Origin: an uncultured Bacteroidales bacterium
GTDB lineage: Bacteria; Bacteroidota; Bacteroidia; Bacteroidales; VadinHA17
Assembly: GCA_963736735.1 (NCBI GenBank)
Contig: CAVTPX010000007.1
Span: 260,958-324,957, forward strand
DNA length: 64,000 bases
Direction of reading: 5' to 3'
A model generated the notes under the pieces. It searched no databases. It saw only the letters and a program-made list of their open reading frames with translations, and was not told the origin of the DNA. The position numbers were made by a program, and so were the translations under genes. Below are positions 53,428-63,711 of this stretch, piece after piece; position 1 is the first letter of the stretch, and each line of letters opens with the position of its first letter.

Positions 53428-55833
53428 ATGCATAAATATTTCCTCAAGATCGCGATCAGGAATATCCTGAAAAACAAACTCTATTCATTCATTAACATTG
53501 CCGGTCTGGCTATGGGTATAACAGCCTTTCTGCTGATACTGATGTTTGTAAGATACGAGCAGAGCTTCGATACGTTCCATAAAAACAGCGAAAGGATTTA
53601 CAGGTTAAGGTATGAACGATCAAGTGCCGAGGGCGAATCAGTCAGGTTTGCCTCATGCTGTCCTCCCGCTGCCATCAGGATCAGGGAGCTGTATCCTGAG
53701 GTAGAGAGTATTGCGCGTCTTTTCAGATACCGGGCAACAGTCATTTTCGGGGAGAATAAGTTTTATGAAGAAAGAATGTATTTTGCAGAACCGCAGATAT
53801 TTGATGTGTTTGATATCGATATGATCACCGGTGATCCGGTTACCGGTATCAGGGATGCCAACTGTGCATTTATTTCCGAGTCTTATGCGGTGAAATACTT
53901 CGGCGAAACAGACCCGATGGGTAAAACTATTACGGTTGACAGGGAAATGAGCTTTGTTATTACCGGGATTTTCCGGGATTTTCCGGATAATTCTCATATT
54001 GAGATCGATATTATGCTCTCCTGGCCTAACCTCCTTACACACTATGGAGCCGATATAGAGGGATCCTGGGGAGATACCGGGTTCTTTACTTATTTTGTGT
54101 TAAACCCTTCCGTAACCCCTTCAGATTTTGAGGAGAAGCTGAAGACCCTTGTAGAAAGTGACTTCGGAGAGGTCCTGAGGTTTTATAAGCTTACCCTGGA
54201 TCTCAAGGTCCAGCCAGTTACCGACATACATCTGAATTCTGCATATATGCAGGAGATAAAGGTGAACGGAAATCATGACACTGTAGTCTTTCTGAGCATC
54301 ATTGCTTTTTTTATACTGATTATTGCATGGGTCAACTATATAAATATTACAACAGCAAGATCACTGACAAGGGCTATGGAAGTAGGCCTCAGTAAGGTAG
54401 CAGGAGCCGGCAGATCACAGCTGATGAAACAGTTTTTTGCTGAAACCATACTGGTAAACATTGCTGCCTTTGCAGTTTCACTGGCTCTCATAATAGTATT
54501 ATTGCCGGCTTTCTGCCGGTTTACCGGAATGACAGACGAATATGTACTCTGGAACGAGGGGTGGTTCTGGTTAACGTCAGCAATACTTTTTTTTACCAGT
54601 GTGATACTCTCAGGAACATACCCAGTCTTTGTTCTTACCTCTTTTTCAACTTCTGAAGTCCTTAGAGGTAAATATATCAACTCAAAAAGCGGGATACTTA
54701 TAAGGAAGGTCCTGGTCACCTTTCAGCTTGTTATGGCAGTAATCCTGATCACCTGTACACTTCTGGTCTTCAGGCAGGTAAATTTTCTCAGGAACCTGGA
54801 TAAAGGGATCAGTATTTCAGAGGTTCTGGCAGTGAGGGCTCCGAGGGTGCGAGATGCAGCATTCGGGAGCACACTGCTGACCTTCAGGGAGGAGCTGCTG
54901 AAGAACGGGACCGTTTTGAAATTCAGTGTCGGGACTGAAGTGCCGGGACGGCAGATATTATGGGATGCAGGTGGTATTTTCAGAGTTGGATCTGATCAGA
55001 GTAAGAACTATCAGATAATCGGGATAGACTACGACTATCTGGGTCTTCTGGAAGCTAAAATTATTGCCGGAAGAAACTTCGACAGATCATACTCTGATTC
55101 AGCTTCTCTTATCCTGAATGAGACGGCCACCCGATGGATGGGCTTTGAGACGCCTGAGGGGGCCGTTAATCAGAAGGTGAATTACTGGGATAATATCTAT
55201 TCAATTGTTGGGGTGGTACAGGATTACCGTCAGCAATCCCCGAAGGAGGCTTTTGAACCTCATATATACCGTTTTATGCCACACGGACGGGATGTAAGAG
55301 GATTTTTCATGATGAAATACCGGCCGGGGAATGAAAAACAAGTACTTGAGTATGCTGAAAAGAAGTTCAGTGAGTTCTTCCCTGACAATCCTTTTGACTA
55401 TTTCTTCCTTAATGATTATTATGAGCAGCAATTCAGGGATGAGAAACTTCTGGGGTCTGTCTTCGGCATCTTTGCATTGCTGGCCATAATTGTAACATGC
55501 CTGGGAATATTCGGACTGACATCCTTCATGATGCTTCAGAAGGTAAAGGAGATAACCATCCGCAGGGTTATCGGATCAGATCTGTCAGGGATTATAATGC
55601 TTTTTTCAAAAGAGTTTATAATGATCACAGCTGTCTCATTTATAATTGCAATTCCTGTTTGCTGGTACTGGTTTACGGAGTGGCTGAAGACATTCGAGGT
55701 CAGAATGGAGATTTCAGTATGGAACTTCATCTTACCACCTGTGATTACTCTTGCCCTGACTCTTTTGACTATTATCCTGATCGTTCACAGGACTGCCTCG
55801 GTCAACCCGGCAGATAATCTAAGAAGTGAATAG
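53428..55833 (+). CDS. ABC transporter permease, MacB-like (double FtsX domain)
   Basis: The ATG at 53428 lies within ORF 53407..55833. The protein runs MHKYFLKIAIRNILKNKLYSFINIAGLAMG ... VNPADNLRSE. Confidence 0.85.
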   Translation: MHKYFLKIAIRNILKNKLYSFINIAGLAMGITAFLLILMFVRYEQSFDTFHKNSERIYRLRYERSSAEGESVRFASCCPPAAIRIRELYPEVESIARLFRYRATVIFGENKFYEERMYFAEPQIFDVFDIDMITGDPVTGIRDANCAFISESYAVKYFGETDPMGKTITVDREMSFVITGIFRDFPDNSHIEIDIMLSWPNLLTHYGADIEGSWGDTGFFTYFVLNPSVTPSDFEEKLKTLVESDFGEVLRFYKLTLDLKVQPVTDIHLNSAYMQEIKVNGNHDTVVFLSIIAFFILIIAWVNYINITTARSLTRAMEVGLSKVAGAGRSQLMKQFFAETILVNIAAFAVSLALIIVLLPAFCRFTGMTDEYVLWNEGWFWLTSAILFFTSVILSGTYPVFVLTSFSTSEVLRGKYINSKSGILIRKVLVTFQLVMAVILITCTLLVFRQVNFLRNLDKGISISEVLAVRAPRVRDAAFGSTLLTFREELLKNGTVLKFSVGTEVPGRQILWDAGGIFRVGSDQSKNYQIIGIDYDYLGLLEAKIIAGRNFDRSYSDSASLILNETATRWMGFETPEGAVNQKVNYWDNIYSIVGVVQDYRQQSPKEAFEPHIYRFMPHGRDVRGFFMMKYRPGNEKQVLEYAEKKFSEFFPDNPFDYFFLNDYYEQQFRDEKLLGSVFGIFALLAIIVTCLGIFGLTSFMMLQKVKEITIRRVIGSDLSGIIMLFSKEFIMITAVSFIIAIPVCWYWFTEWLKTFEVRMEISVWNFILPPVITLALTLLTIILIVHRTASVNPADNLRSE

Positions 55834-55916
55834 GAGTCAGGAGACTGTGTTTAAAAAAATGTCTATTATTTTGACACAATCAGGAATTTATTCCGTCTTT
55901 TAATAAAAAATCCGGA

Positions 55917-57281
55917 ATGAACAGCGGGACCATACTTATAGTCGATGAGGACACAGGTGAACTTAAAGCACTTGAACTTATCATGAGGAAGGAGTTTGAG
56001 AAGGTCGTGACCACCACGGATCCGAACAGAATTCCCTCGCTGTTAGGTCAGGGCGAAATTGATGTCATTGTGCTCGATATGAATTTCAGGGCAGCGGTTC
56101 ATAACGGCAACGAAGGACTTTACTGGATGAGGGAGATATTCAGGCATGACAGCAATATCAGTGTGGTTATCGTGACAGCTTCAGCTGATGTTGACCTGGC
56201 AGTGAAGGCTATAAAAGAGGGAGCCGTGGATTATATTCTGAAACCCTGGGACAAAAGCAGGCTTCTTGCAACAGTTAATACTGCCATGAAGTTAAGGACT
56301 TCACGACTGGAAGCCAGCAATTTGAAAAAGGATAACCGGCAGCTGAAGGACGTAATCAACAACGGTGGTGAAAAGATCGTTCAGGGGGCCTCCCCAACAA
56401 TGATCAATGTTATGAACATTGTTAAAAAAGTTGCGGGTACTGACGCTAATGTCCTAATCACCGGAGAGAACGGGACCGGGAAAGAGTTGGTTGCCAGGGA
56501 GATACACAGACTCTCGAAGCGGGCCGGAGAGCTGATGGTAAGTGTTGACATCGGGTCACTCACTGAGACACTCTTTGAAGGGGAGTTATTCGGTCACGTT
56601 AAGGGTGCTTTTACAGATGCCAGTGAGGACCGCAAGGGAAAGTTTGAAGCTGCACAGAACGGAACGATGTTCCTTGATGAGATCGGCAACCTCTCCCTGC
56701 GGTCCCAGGCCAAGCTGTTGAGCGTCCTTCAGAACAGGTACATAGTCAGGGTGGGATCAAACAAGCAGATCCCGGTAAATATCAGGCTGATATGTGCAAC
56801 AAACTGTAACCTGTCACAAATGGTGAGTGAAGGCACGTTTCGCGAAGACCTGCTGTACAGGATCAACACAATCATGATAGAGGTGCCGCCGCTTCGCGAC
56901 AGGGTTGATGACATCCCGATACTTGCCAATCACTTCCTGAGAGTCAACATCGGGAGATACGGAAAAGGCAGCATGAAGATCAGCACTCCTGCCCTGGAGA
57001 AACTGGCTAACCACGACTGGCCCGGCAATGTGAGGGAGCTTCAGCATACAATTGAGAAGGCAGTCATAATGAGCGACTCCGATGTGCTGAAACCTTCTGA
57101 CTTTGTTTTCAGTGCTGCACCCGGAAGACATCTTCATTCAGAGGTGACTCTGGCTGAGATGGAGAAGAGGGCGATAGCAGAAAGTCTCAGAAAAAACAGT
57201 CATAATATAAGCCTCGCAGCTGCGAGGCTTGGTATCACCCGACAAACGCTTTACAACAAGATGGTGAAGTACGGCCTTTAG
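55917..57281 (+). CDS. sigma-54-dependent response regulator (NtrC-type enhancer-binding protein)
   Basis: Receiver domain (ILIVDED...VIVLDMNF...ILKPW), an AAA+ domain with Walker A GENGTGKE and GAFTDA (a GAFTGA variant), and a C-terminal Fis-type HTH (AAARLGITRQTLYNKM). Confidence 0.9.
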   Translation: MNSGTILIVDEDTGELKALELIMRKEFEKVVTTTDPNRIPSLLGQGEIDVIVLDMNFRAAVHNGNEGLYWMREIFRHDSNISVVIVTASADVDLAVKAIKEGAVDYILKPWDKSRLLATVNTAMKLRTSRLEASNLKKDNRQLKDVINNGGEKIVQGASPTMINVMNIVKKVAGTDANVLITGENGTGKELVAREIHRLSKRAGELMVSVDIGSLTETLFEGELFGHVKGAFTDASEDRKGKFEAAQNGTMFLDEIGNLSLRSQAKLLSVLQNRYIVRVGSNKQIPVNIRLICATNCNLSQMVSEGTFREDLLYRINTIMIEVPPLRDRVDDIPILANHFLRVNIGRYGKGSMKISTPALEKLANHDWPGNVRELQHTIEKAVIMSDSDVLKPSDFVFSAAPGRHLHSEVTLAEMEKRAIAESLRKNSHNISLAAARLGITRQTLYNKMVKYGL

Positions 57282-57290
57282 AAAGACCTG

Positions 57291-57965
57291 TCACTTAACA
57301 GCTTCTGCAACAACCTGTCCGTCAAAGAGATTAACTATCCGGTGAGCATAACTTGCATCCCTGTCAGAGTGGGTAACCATGATTATGGTTGTACCTTCCT
57401 TGTTGAGTTCGCTTAACAGATTAATTACCTCGATACCGTTTTTAGAGTCGAGGTTACCTGTTGGTTCGTCAGCAAGTATCAGTTTCGGATTTGCTACAAC
57501 TGCCCGGGCAATTGCGACCCTCTGCTGCTGGCCTCCTGACAGTTGCTGCGGGAAATGTTTTGCGCGGTGTCCGATCTTCATCCTTTCAAGGGCATCTTCA
57601 ACTTTCTTTCTTCTCTCCGCCGGTTTCATCTTCAGATAGATGAGCGGTAATTCAACGTTTTCATAGACATTCAGTTCGTCAATAAGGTTAAAGCTCTGGA
57701 AGACAAAGCCAATGTTCCCCTTACGAAAAATGGTCCTGTCGCGCTCCCTGAGATTGGCAACCTCGGTTCCGTTAAAGATGTAACTCCCTGATGATGGATT
57801 GTCAAGCAGCCCGAGGATGTTCAGCAAGGTGGACTTGCCGCAACCGGAAGGTCCCATGATTGCAACATATTCGCCCTCTTTGACATGCAGGTTAACCTTG
57901 TTAAGTGCCGTTGTTTCAACCTCTTCGGTACGGAAGATCTTGGTTAAATCATTTGTTTTGATCAT
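57291..57965 (-). CDS. ABC transporter ATP-binding protein (MacB/LolD type)
   Basis: Walker [13 protein letters not shown], signature [14 protein letters not shown], and Walker [12 protein letters not shown]. Confidence 0.9.
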   Translation of the reverse strand: MIKTNDLTKIFRTEEVETTALNKVNLHVKEGEYVAIMGPSGCGKSTLLNILGLLDNPSSGSYIFNGTEVANLRERDRTIFRKGNIGFVFQSFNLIDELNVYENVELPLIYLKMKPAERRKKVEDALERMKIGHRAKHFPQQLSGGQQQRVAIARAVVANPKLILADEPTGNLDSKNGIEVINLLSELNKEGTTIIMVTHSDRDASYAHRIVNLFDGQVVAEAVK

Positions 57966-57980
57966 AGCTTTACAATTATG

Positions 57981-59261
57981 TTATTTACTCTTTTTTAAAA
58001 TCAGCTTTTCATTATTTCCGAATGTCTCATAACCCGAGATAATCACTTTTTCACCCGGCTGGAGTCCTTCAAGCACTTCATAATACCTGGGGTTTTTCCG
58101 CCCGATTGATATAGTCCTTCTCGTTGCAAAAGATTCAGTGGGATCCAGAACGAAAATCCACTGTCCGCCGGTCTCCTGGAAGAAGCCGCCTACGGGCACC
58201 AACAGCGAGATCTTTGGCTGACCCAGCTGCAGGCTTATGTAATAGGTTTGTCCTGTCCGTATATTATCCGGGATACTGTCACTGAAGGTCATATCTATTT
58301 CGAAGGTGCCGTTACGCACTTCAGGATAGACTCTTCTTACAACCAGGTCAAATTCACTTCCCTGTCTGTCAAGTTTGGCTGTCAGCTGTGTCCTGACCCT
58401 GTCGATATAGTGCTCGTCAATCTGAGCTGTGACCTTGAATGAGGTAAGTACATTGATCTGTCCCATATTTGCACCGCGCGAGATCGACTGTCCGATTTCC
58501 GGTACCAGCAGCCCCAACTGGCCGTCAACCGTAGCTCTTACATTCAGGTTTTCAACCCTTTGCCTCACAAGCGACAGGTTCCTGCGCATGTTTTCGAGGT
58601 TATTTATCATGTTGTCAACCTGTACCGAGCGGAAAATTGAGTCCTGCTTCTGTCTCTCCCTGAATAACTCCCTCGACTGCCGGGCCATTTCGACATCTTC
58701 CTTCGACCTTGTGAATTCTTCACGTGAAACGAGGCTGTCTTTCATCAGAGTCACATTCTGCTGATAGTTACGCTCTTTTCTCTCGATATCGTATTTCAGG
58801 TTCAGCAGCTCACGCTTTATCTGCAGCCGGTCCTGCTCCATTGCAATCTGCGTATTCCTGAGGAAATTCTCTTTTTCGGCAAGCTGGGCTTCGCTGTCAA
58901 GAATATTCAGGTACAGGTCAGGATTGGAAAGTCTGAGGATTATGTCCCCCTTATTGACCATCGAACCTTCTTCGATAAGTATCTCTTCAACACGGCCGCC
59001 CTCCTGGGCATCAAGGAAAATTGTGCTTATGGGTTCAACGGTGCCGGGGACCGTGATATAATCATTGAACTGGTCCTCGGTTACAGTCCCGATAATAAGT
59101 TTGTCCTTTTCGACCTTATAGGTGGAAGTACGGTCAGCAAAAAATGCCATATACAGGAGCACAACAAATGCAGCTCCGGCAGCAATATACCATATATGCT
59201 TTTTTTGCAGTCCTTTTTTCCTTGCAATAGGTTTATCCATTCTTTCAACTGGGGTATCCAT
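57981..59261 (-). CDS. efflux periplasmic adaptor (HlyD/MacA-type membrane fusion protein)
   Basis: N-terminal TM anchor, a long coiled-coil hairpin, then beta-barrel / membrane-proximal domains. Confidence 0.8.
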   Translation of the reverse strand: MDTPVERMDKPIARKKGLQKKHIWYIAAGAAFVVLLYMAFFADRTSTYKVEKDKLIIGTVTEDQFNDYITVPGTVEPISTIFLDAQEGGRVEEILIEEGSMVNKGDIILRLSNPDLYLNILDSEAQLAEKENFLRNTQIAMEQDRLQIKRELLNLKYDIERKERNYQQNVTLMKDSLVSREEFTRSKEDVEMARQSRELFRERQKQDSIFRSVQVDNMINNLENMRRNLSLVRQRVENLNVRATVDGQLGLLVPEIGQSISRGANMGQINVLTSFKVTAQIDEHYIDRVRTQLTAKLDRQGSEFDLVVRRVYPEVRNGTFEIDMTFSDSIPDNIRTGQTYYISLQLGQPKISLLVPVGGFFQETGGQWIFVLDPTESFATRRTISIGRKNPRYYEVLEGLQPGEKVIISGYETFGNNEKLILKKSK

Positions 59262-59281
59262 CGGGTTATTATTATTTGAGG

Positions 59282-60634
59282 TTAATTGTTTATGACTGTA
59301 TTGTATTCTCCTGTCGAGTAAAACTGAATCGTGAGTTTTCTGATGAGGAGCTGCAGTTTTGTTCTCAGGGCTTCAGTTTCTGCAGTAAAAAGAGTTGTCT
59401 TCGCAGCCGAATAATCAGTCACGTCAACCAGTCCCGATTCAAATTTCTTTTCAACGGCATTGAACGATTTTTTATTGAACGTAAGGTTGGCTTCAGCAGC
59501 AAGGTATTCTTCCTTTCCCCTGTTATAATTAAGGCATGCGTCCTCAATCTGAGTATAGAGGGTATTTTTTTCAAGTTCAAGCCGGAGCTCCGTATCAGCC
59601 TTTCTGACCTTTGCCAGTCTTATATTCCTGCCTGCAGAATAGTTGTTAAAAATGGGGACATTTAGGGACAGGTAAAGTGCCTGACTGTTATTGTTCTTCA
59701 TCTGGTTCCTGAAAGATGCCTGGTCTGTTGCATCTTCGCCAATTACCTTGTAGTAGCCGGTATATATAGCTCCTCCGACTGACAGGTTTGGGGCAAGGGT
59801 GCCCCTGGCGGCGGCCACCTGTTTTGCACTTGCCCTGAGTTCATATTCGATAGCCTTAAGACGTGGCAGCACTTCTGCTGCAAGCGCATAGATACTGTCA
59901 GTATCAAAACCGGAGTCAGTTATAAGGATATTGCCAAGGTCAGGAAGCAGTATGTCAAATGGGGCACCCGGCTCAAGCTGGAGCATCTGTTTCAGCACTG
60001 TCACAGCCTGGCTGGCTGAGTTCCGCGCAATTGTAAAGGTCAACCTGTCTCCCGAGACCTGACTCTCAATCTCATACTGGCGTGCAACCGCTTCTTTGCC
60101 GGTCTCAACCATCTTGCTGATCCTGAAAAGCTGCCTTTCCGAAATGTCCAGTTGCATTCCTGCAGCCTCCTCAAGCCCTTTTGCATAGAGAACCTGGTAG
60201 TATTGCCCCATGATCTGGACAACAAGAGTGTTTCTTGCAACTTTCTCCGCTTCCAGTCCAGCTTTAACCATAAACTTATTGGCAGACAAAGTATTCATCG
60301 TGGCAAAGCCATTAAAGACAAGGATATTTGTGTTCAGTGAATATGAATTACTCAGGTTCTGTTTGAAAGTTATAAGGTTGGTGACCGGGTCTATTGACCT
60401 TCCGAAGCCCAAACGTGCATCTGACCCGAAATTGAGGTCCGGAAGAATATCCATCCTCGACTTCAGATAGTTGATTTCAGCTGTTTCAGTTTGCAGTGCC
60501 TGCCGGTGTAATCCGATATTGTTCTCAAGGGCATATTCGATGCAGTCCTCAAGAGTCCATTTCATTTCCTGGGCTGAGACCTTAAAGGAGAGTCCGGCTA
60601 TCAGCAGCAGAATAACGGTTATAAGTTTTTTCAT
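59282..60634 (-). CDS. TolC family outer-membrane efflux protein
   Basis: Signal peptide MKKLITVILLLIAGLSFKVSAQ, the LEDCIEYALENN start and the duplicated TolC repeat architecture. Confidence 0.85.
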   Translation of the reverse strand: MKKLITVILLLIAGLSFKVSAQEMKWTLEDCIEYALENNIGLHRQALQTETAEINYLKSRMDILPDLNFGSDARLGFGRSIDPVTNLITFKQNLSNSYSLNTNILVFNGFATMNTLSANKFMVKAGLEAEKVARNTLVVQIMGQYYQVLYAKGLEEAAGMQLDISERQLFRISKMVETGKEAVARQYEIESQVSGDRLTFTIARNSASQAVTVLKQMLQLEPGAPFDILLPDLGNILITDSGFDTDSIYALAAEVLPRLKAIEYELRASAKQVAAARGTLAPNLSVGGAIYTGYYKVIGEDATDQASFRNQMKNNNSQALYLSLNVPIFNNYSAGRNIRLAKVRKADTELRLELEKNTLYTQIEDACLNYNRGKEEYLAAEANLTFNKKSFNAVEKKFESGLVDVTDYSAAKTTLFTAETEALRTKLQLLIRKLTIQFYSTGEYNTVINN

Positions 60635-60663
60635 TTACGGCACAAGATTTTGTTCCGGTAATA

Positions 60664-60679
60664 CCAAAGTCTGTGCCAT
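60664..60679 (-). promoter_or_regulatory. candidate sigma-54 (-24/-12) promoter for the TolC-adaptor-ATPase operon
   Basis: The minus strand reads aTGGCACagactTTGGt. The -24 TGGCAC and the spacing are correct, but the -12 element is TTGG rather than TTGC. It ends ~30 nt upstream of the TolC ATG. Confidence 0.3.
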
Positions 60680-60968
60680 TGCTTTAAATAGCATATATAC
60701 AGACACATATGGATATGATAGTAGTGCCGGGTGTCAAAGAAACAGACAGTTTGTGTATAAAAATGAGACATCCCCGGAGAAGCTGCCGTCTGCTGCAAGT
60801 GAGGCTGTGTCTCAGTTTTCGCAGTAAAAAAAATCCTTCCTCATTTTTGCAGCATAGAAAAAAAATTTGCGTCTTTAAGAGAGCAACTTGAAAAATCAAT
60901 GCCTGATTTTAAATATTAGTATAAATTTATTCCTCCTAACTCTGATTTTACCTCAAATACATCTGCAT

Positions 60969-63344
60969 ATGTTCAGGAATCTTCTTAAAACGGCTGTAAG
61001 ACATATTGTTAAGCACCCCGGGTACAGTGTACTGAATATTCTGGGTCTTACCCTTGGCATTACGAGCGCACTTTTCCTTGTAATTTATGTCTCTGATGAG
61101 ATCAGTTATGACAAGTACCATGAGAAGGCGGACAGGATTTACAGGGTCTCATCGAAAATCACCGAAACAGATGATCAGTTTACCTGGATCGTTGCCCAGA
61201 TTCCCTTTGGCCCGCAGGTGGCCCAGGATTATCCTGAGGTGGAAGCATATGCCAGGTTCATAAATATGCCGAGAGCTCTTTACAAATATGAGGACAAGGA
61301 GTTCAACGAGGAAAACTTCTTCTATGCTGATTCGGCTCTGTTCGATATTTTTACGTGGAAGATTCTGAAAGGTGATGTGAGGAGCGCTCTTACTGAGCCG
61401 AACAAAATTGTGCTGACCGAGAGAATTGCAACCAGGTATTACGGGAACGGTGATCCCATAGGGAAGACTCTAACTTCAGGCAACACCACATATGAGGTGA
61501 CAGGGATAATTGAGGATATACCGTCAAATTCACACTTCACCTTTGATGCTTTAGCCTCAAGGAACAACCTCCCCGAACAGATTGGTTCATGGGGAAATTT
61601 CGGAGTGTTTACATACCTGCTGTTTCCGGAAGGAACAGATGTGAAGGCTTTTGAGACCAAGATGCAGGCGATGTATGCAGCCTATATGGAACCAATTTTC
61701 GGCGCCCTGAACATAAAAATTGAATATATTCTTGAACCCATAACCAGGATACATCTCTATTCTACAAATCCCGGTGAGCCTGTGCCGACAGGAAGTATCA
61801 CATACGTATATATTTTCGCAATTGTCGCAATATTTCTGATACTCATTGCGGCCATGAATTACATGAACCTTGCCACTGCCCGTTCAACACGGCGGGCCCG
61901 CGAGGTAGGCCTGCGTAAAGTCGTAGGGTCAAGGCGTGGCCCACTTATTATGCAGTTCCTGTCAGAATCTACTGTATTCACTCTTATATCTCTGATATTT
62001 AGTATTATACTGCTCATCGTTCTCATTCCGAAGTTTAATCTTCTGGCAGGCAAATCATTTGATATGCACGTTGTATACAGCCCTGTAGTGCTTGTCACCC
62101 TCTTTGCAGTTATCGTGGTAGTCGGAATTTTCGGCGGAAGTTACCCGGCATTCTTCCTTTCAAGATTCAGTCCTGTTACAGTTCTTAAGGGTGAGATTAC
62201 TCAGGGAACTGCCGGAAGCATTTTTCGCAAGATACTGGTTGTCATACAGTTTACTGTCTCAGTAATAATGATTGTTTGCACACTTGTAGTCTTCAGGCAA
62301 CTTAATTATCTTAAGACCAAGGACCAGGGATTTGACCAGAAGAACGTGGTTGCCCTGCAGTTAAACGACGGAATGTTACGGAAATATAAGGTTCTGAAGG
62401 ATGTTCTGCTCGGGAATCCCGGAGTGGTTTCTGTTGCTGCAACAAATACGCCGGTAGGAGAAGGTTCGGGGAAAGTTCTTTTCAATGTCGAAACAGACCA
62501 GGGCATGGCCCAGAGAGGCGTCAACTTTACAATAGTGGATGAGGATTTTGTTGAAACCCTTGGCATCAGGATACAGGACGGACGTGAGTTCCAGGCTGAC
62601 ATGCCCGCAGATACGATGACAGGTGTGGTAGTTAATGAAACATTTGTAAAACGAATGGGATGGACCGATCCCATCGGTAAAAAGGTCGAGCTGGGAGATG
62701 GTAATTTCCTGAGGGCAAGGGTAATAGGCGTGATGAAGGATTATCACCAGACTGGAATGTATAATGAAATTGAATCACTGCTCCTGGCTTACAGGCCGAG
62801 TCTGGGTCTTCCCGTAGTCTATGTCAAAATAGGTGATAATAATATGGAACAGACCCTCAGCCATATTGAGGCAAGCTGGAAGGAAATCTTTCCTGACCAG
62901 CCTTACAGCTTTACTTTCCTTGAAGAAAGATTTAACAGGCAGTTCGAAGCTGATGAAAAGAGGGGACTGATATTTACCCTTTTTACCGTCCTTGCGATTC
63001 TGATTGCCTGCCTCGGTCTTTTCGGCCTGGCATCTTACATGGTGGAACAAAGGACAAAGGAGATAGGGATCAGGAAAGTATTCGGTGCCAATGAGGGTGT
63101 AATACTGAGGTTGATCTCAGTGGATTTTCTGGTGCTCGTTGTCATTGCAATAATAATTGCATTTCCTGTGGCCTGGTATTTTATGAGCAACTGGCTTGAA
63201 AACTACGTTTACAGGACCCCGATGGGAATTTCACTGTTCCTTATTGCCGGGTTGCTGACTCTTGTGATTACCTTTGCGACAATAAGTTACAAAGCCTATC
63301 AGGCGTCTGTAATGAATCCGGCAGATTCAATTAAGACCGAATAA
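60969..63344 (+). CDS. ABC transporter permease, MacB-like (double FtsX domain)
   Basis: The ATG at 60969 lies within ORF 60888..63344. The protein runs MFRNLLKTAVRHIVKHPGYSVLNILGLTLG ... MNPADSIKTE. Confidence 0.85.
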   Translation: MFRNLLKTAVRHIVKHPGYSVLNILGLTLGITSALFLVIYVSDEISYDKYHEKADRIYRVSSKITETDDQFTWIVAQIPFGPQVAQDYPEVEAYARFINMPRALYKYEDKEFNEENFFYADSALFDIFTWKILKGDVRSALTEPNKIVLTERIATRYYGNGDPIGKTLTSGNTTYEVTGIIEDIPSNSHFTFDALASRNNLPEQIGSWGNFGVFTYLLFPEGTDVKAFETKMQAMYAAYMEPIFGALNIKIEYILEPITRIHLYSTNPGEPVPTGSITYVYIFAIVAIFLILIAAMNYMNLATARSTRRAREVGLRKVVGSRRGPLIMQFLSESTVFTLISLIFSIILLIVLIPKFNLLAGKSFDMHVVYSPVVLVTLFAVIVVVGIFGGSYPAFFLSRFSPVTVLKGEITQGTAGSIFRKILVVIQFTVSVIMIVCTLVVFRQLNYLKTKDQGFDQKNVVALQLNDGMLRKYKVLKDVLLGNPGVVSVAATNTPVGEGSGKVLFNVETDQGMAQRGVNFTIVDEDFVETLGIRIQDGREFQADMPADTMTGVVVNETFVKRMGWTDPIGKKVELGDGNFLRARVIGVMKDYHQTGMYNEIESLLLAYRPSLGLPVVYVKIGDNNMEQTLSHIEASWKEIFPDQPYSFTFLEERFNRQFEADEKRGLIFTLFTVLAILIACLGLFGLASYMVEQRTKEIGIRKVFGANEGVILRLISVDFLVLVVIAIIIAFPVAWYFMSNWLENYVYRTPMGISLFLIAGLLTLVITFATISYKAYQASVMNPADSIKTE

Positions 63345-63402
63345 GAGATCAGATAAGTCGGGTTTTTGTAGCTTGCAGGCGAATATCAAAACCCGCCTTG
63401 TT

Positions 63403-63711
63403 ATGGTAGTGACCTGTGTTCATATAAGCGTAAAACCTGAAGCTGTTCAGGACTTTATTGATGCAACCGTAATCAATCACCGTGAAACACAGAAAGAACC
63501 GGGTAATATCAGGTTTGATATTCTCCGGTCTGTTGATGATCCTCACACCTTCATGCTATATGAAGTTTTCCGTTCGGAGGAGGCTGTGGCAGAGCATAAG
63601 GAGACATCTCATTATATTGCCTGGCGTGAAAAGGTCAGAGATATGATGGCTGAGACACGTTACGGTGTCAGGTATGACGTAATTGAACCCTCAGACAACA
63701 CAAAATGGTAA
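63403..63711 (+). CDS. antibiotic-biosynthesis-monooxygenase (ABM/LsrG-like) domain protein
   Basis: The ATG at 63403 lies within ORF 63373..63711. It is ~100 aa with a ferredoxin-like fold pattern (VHISVKPEAVQDFIDAT...FMLYEVFRSEEAVAEHKETSHY). Confidence 0.7.
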   Translation: MVVTCVHISVKPEAVQDFIDATVINHRETQKEPGNIRFDILRSVDDPHTFMLYEVFRSEEAVAEHKETSHYIAWREKVRDMMAETRYGVRYDVIEPSDNTKW

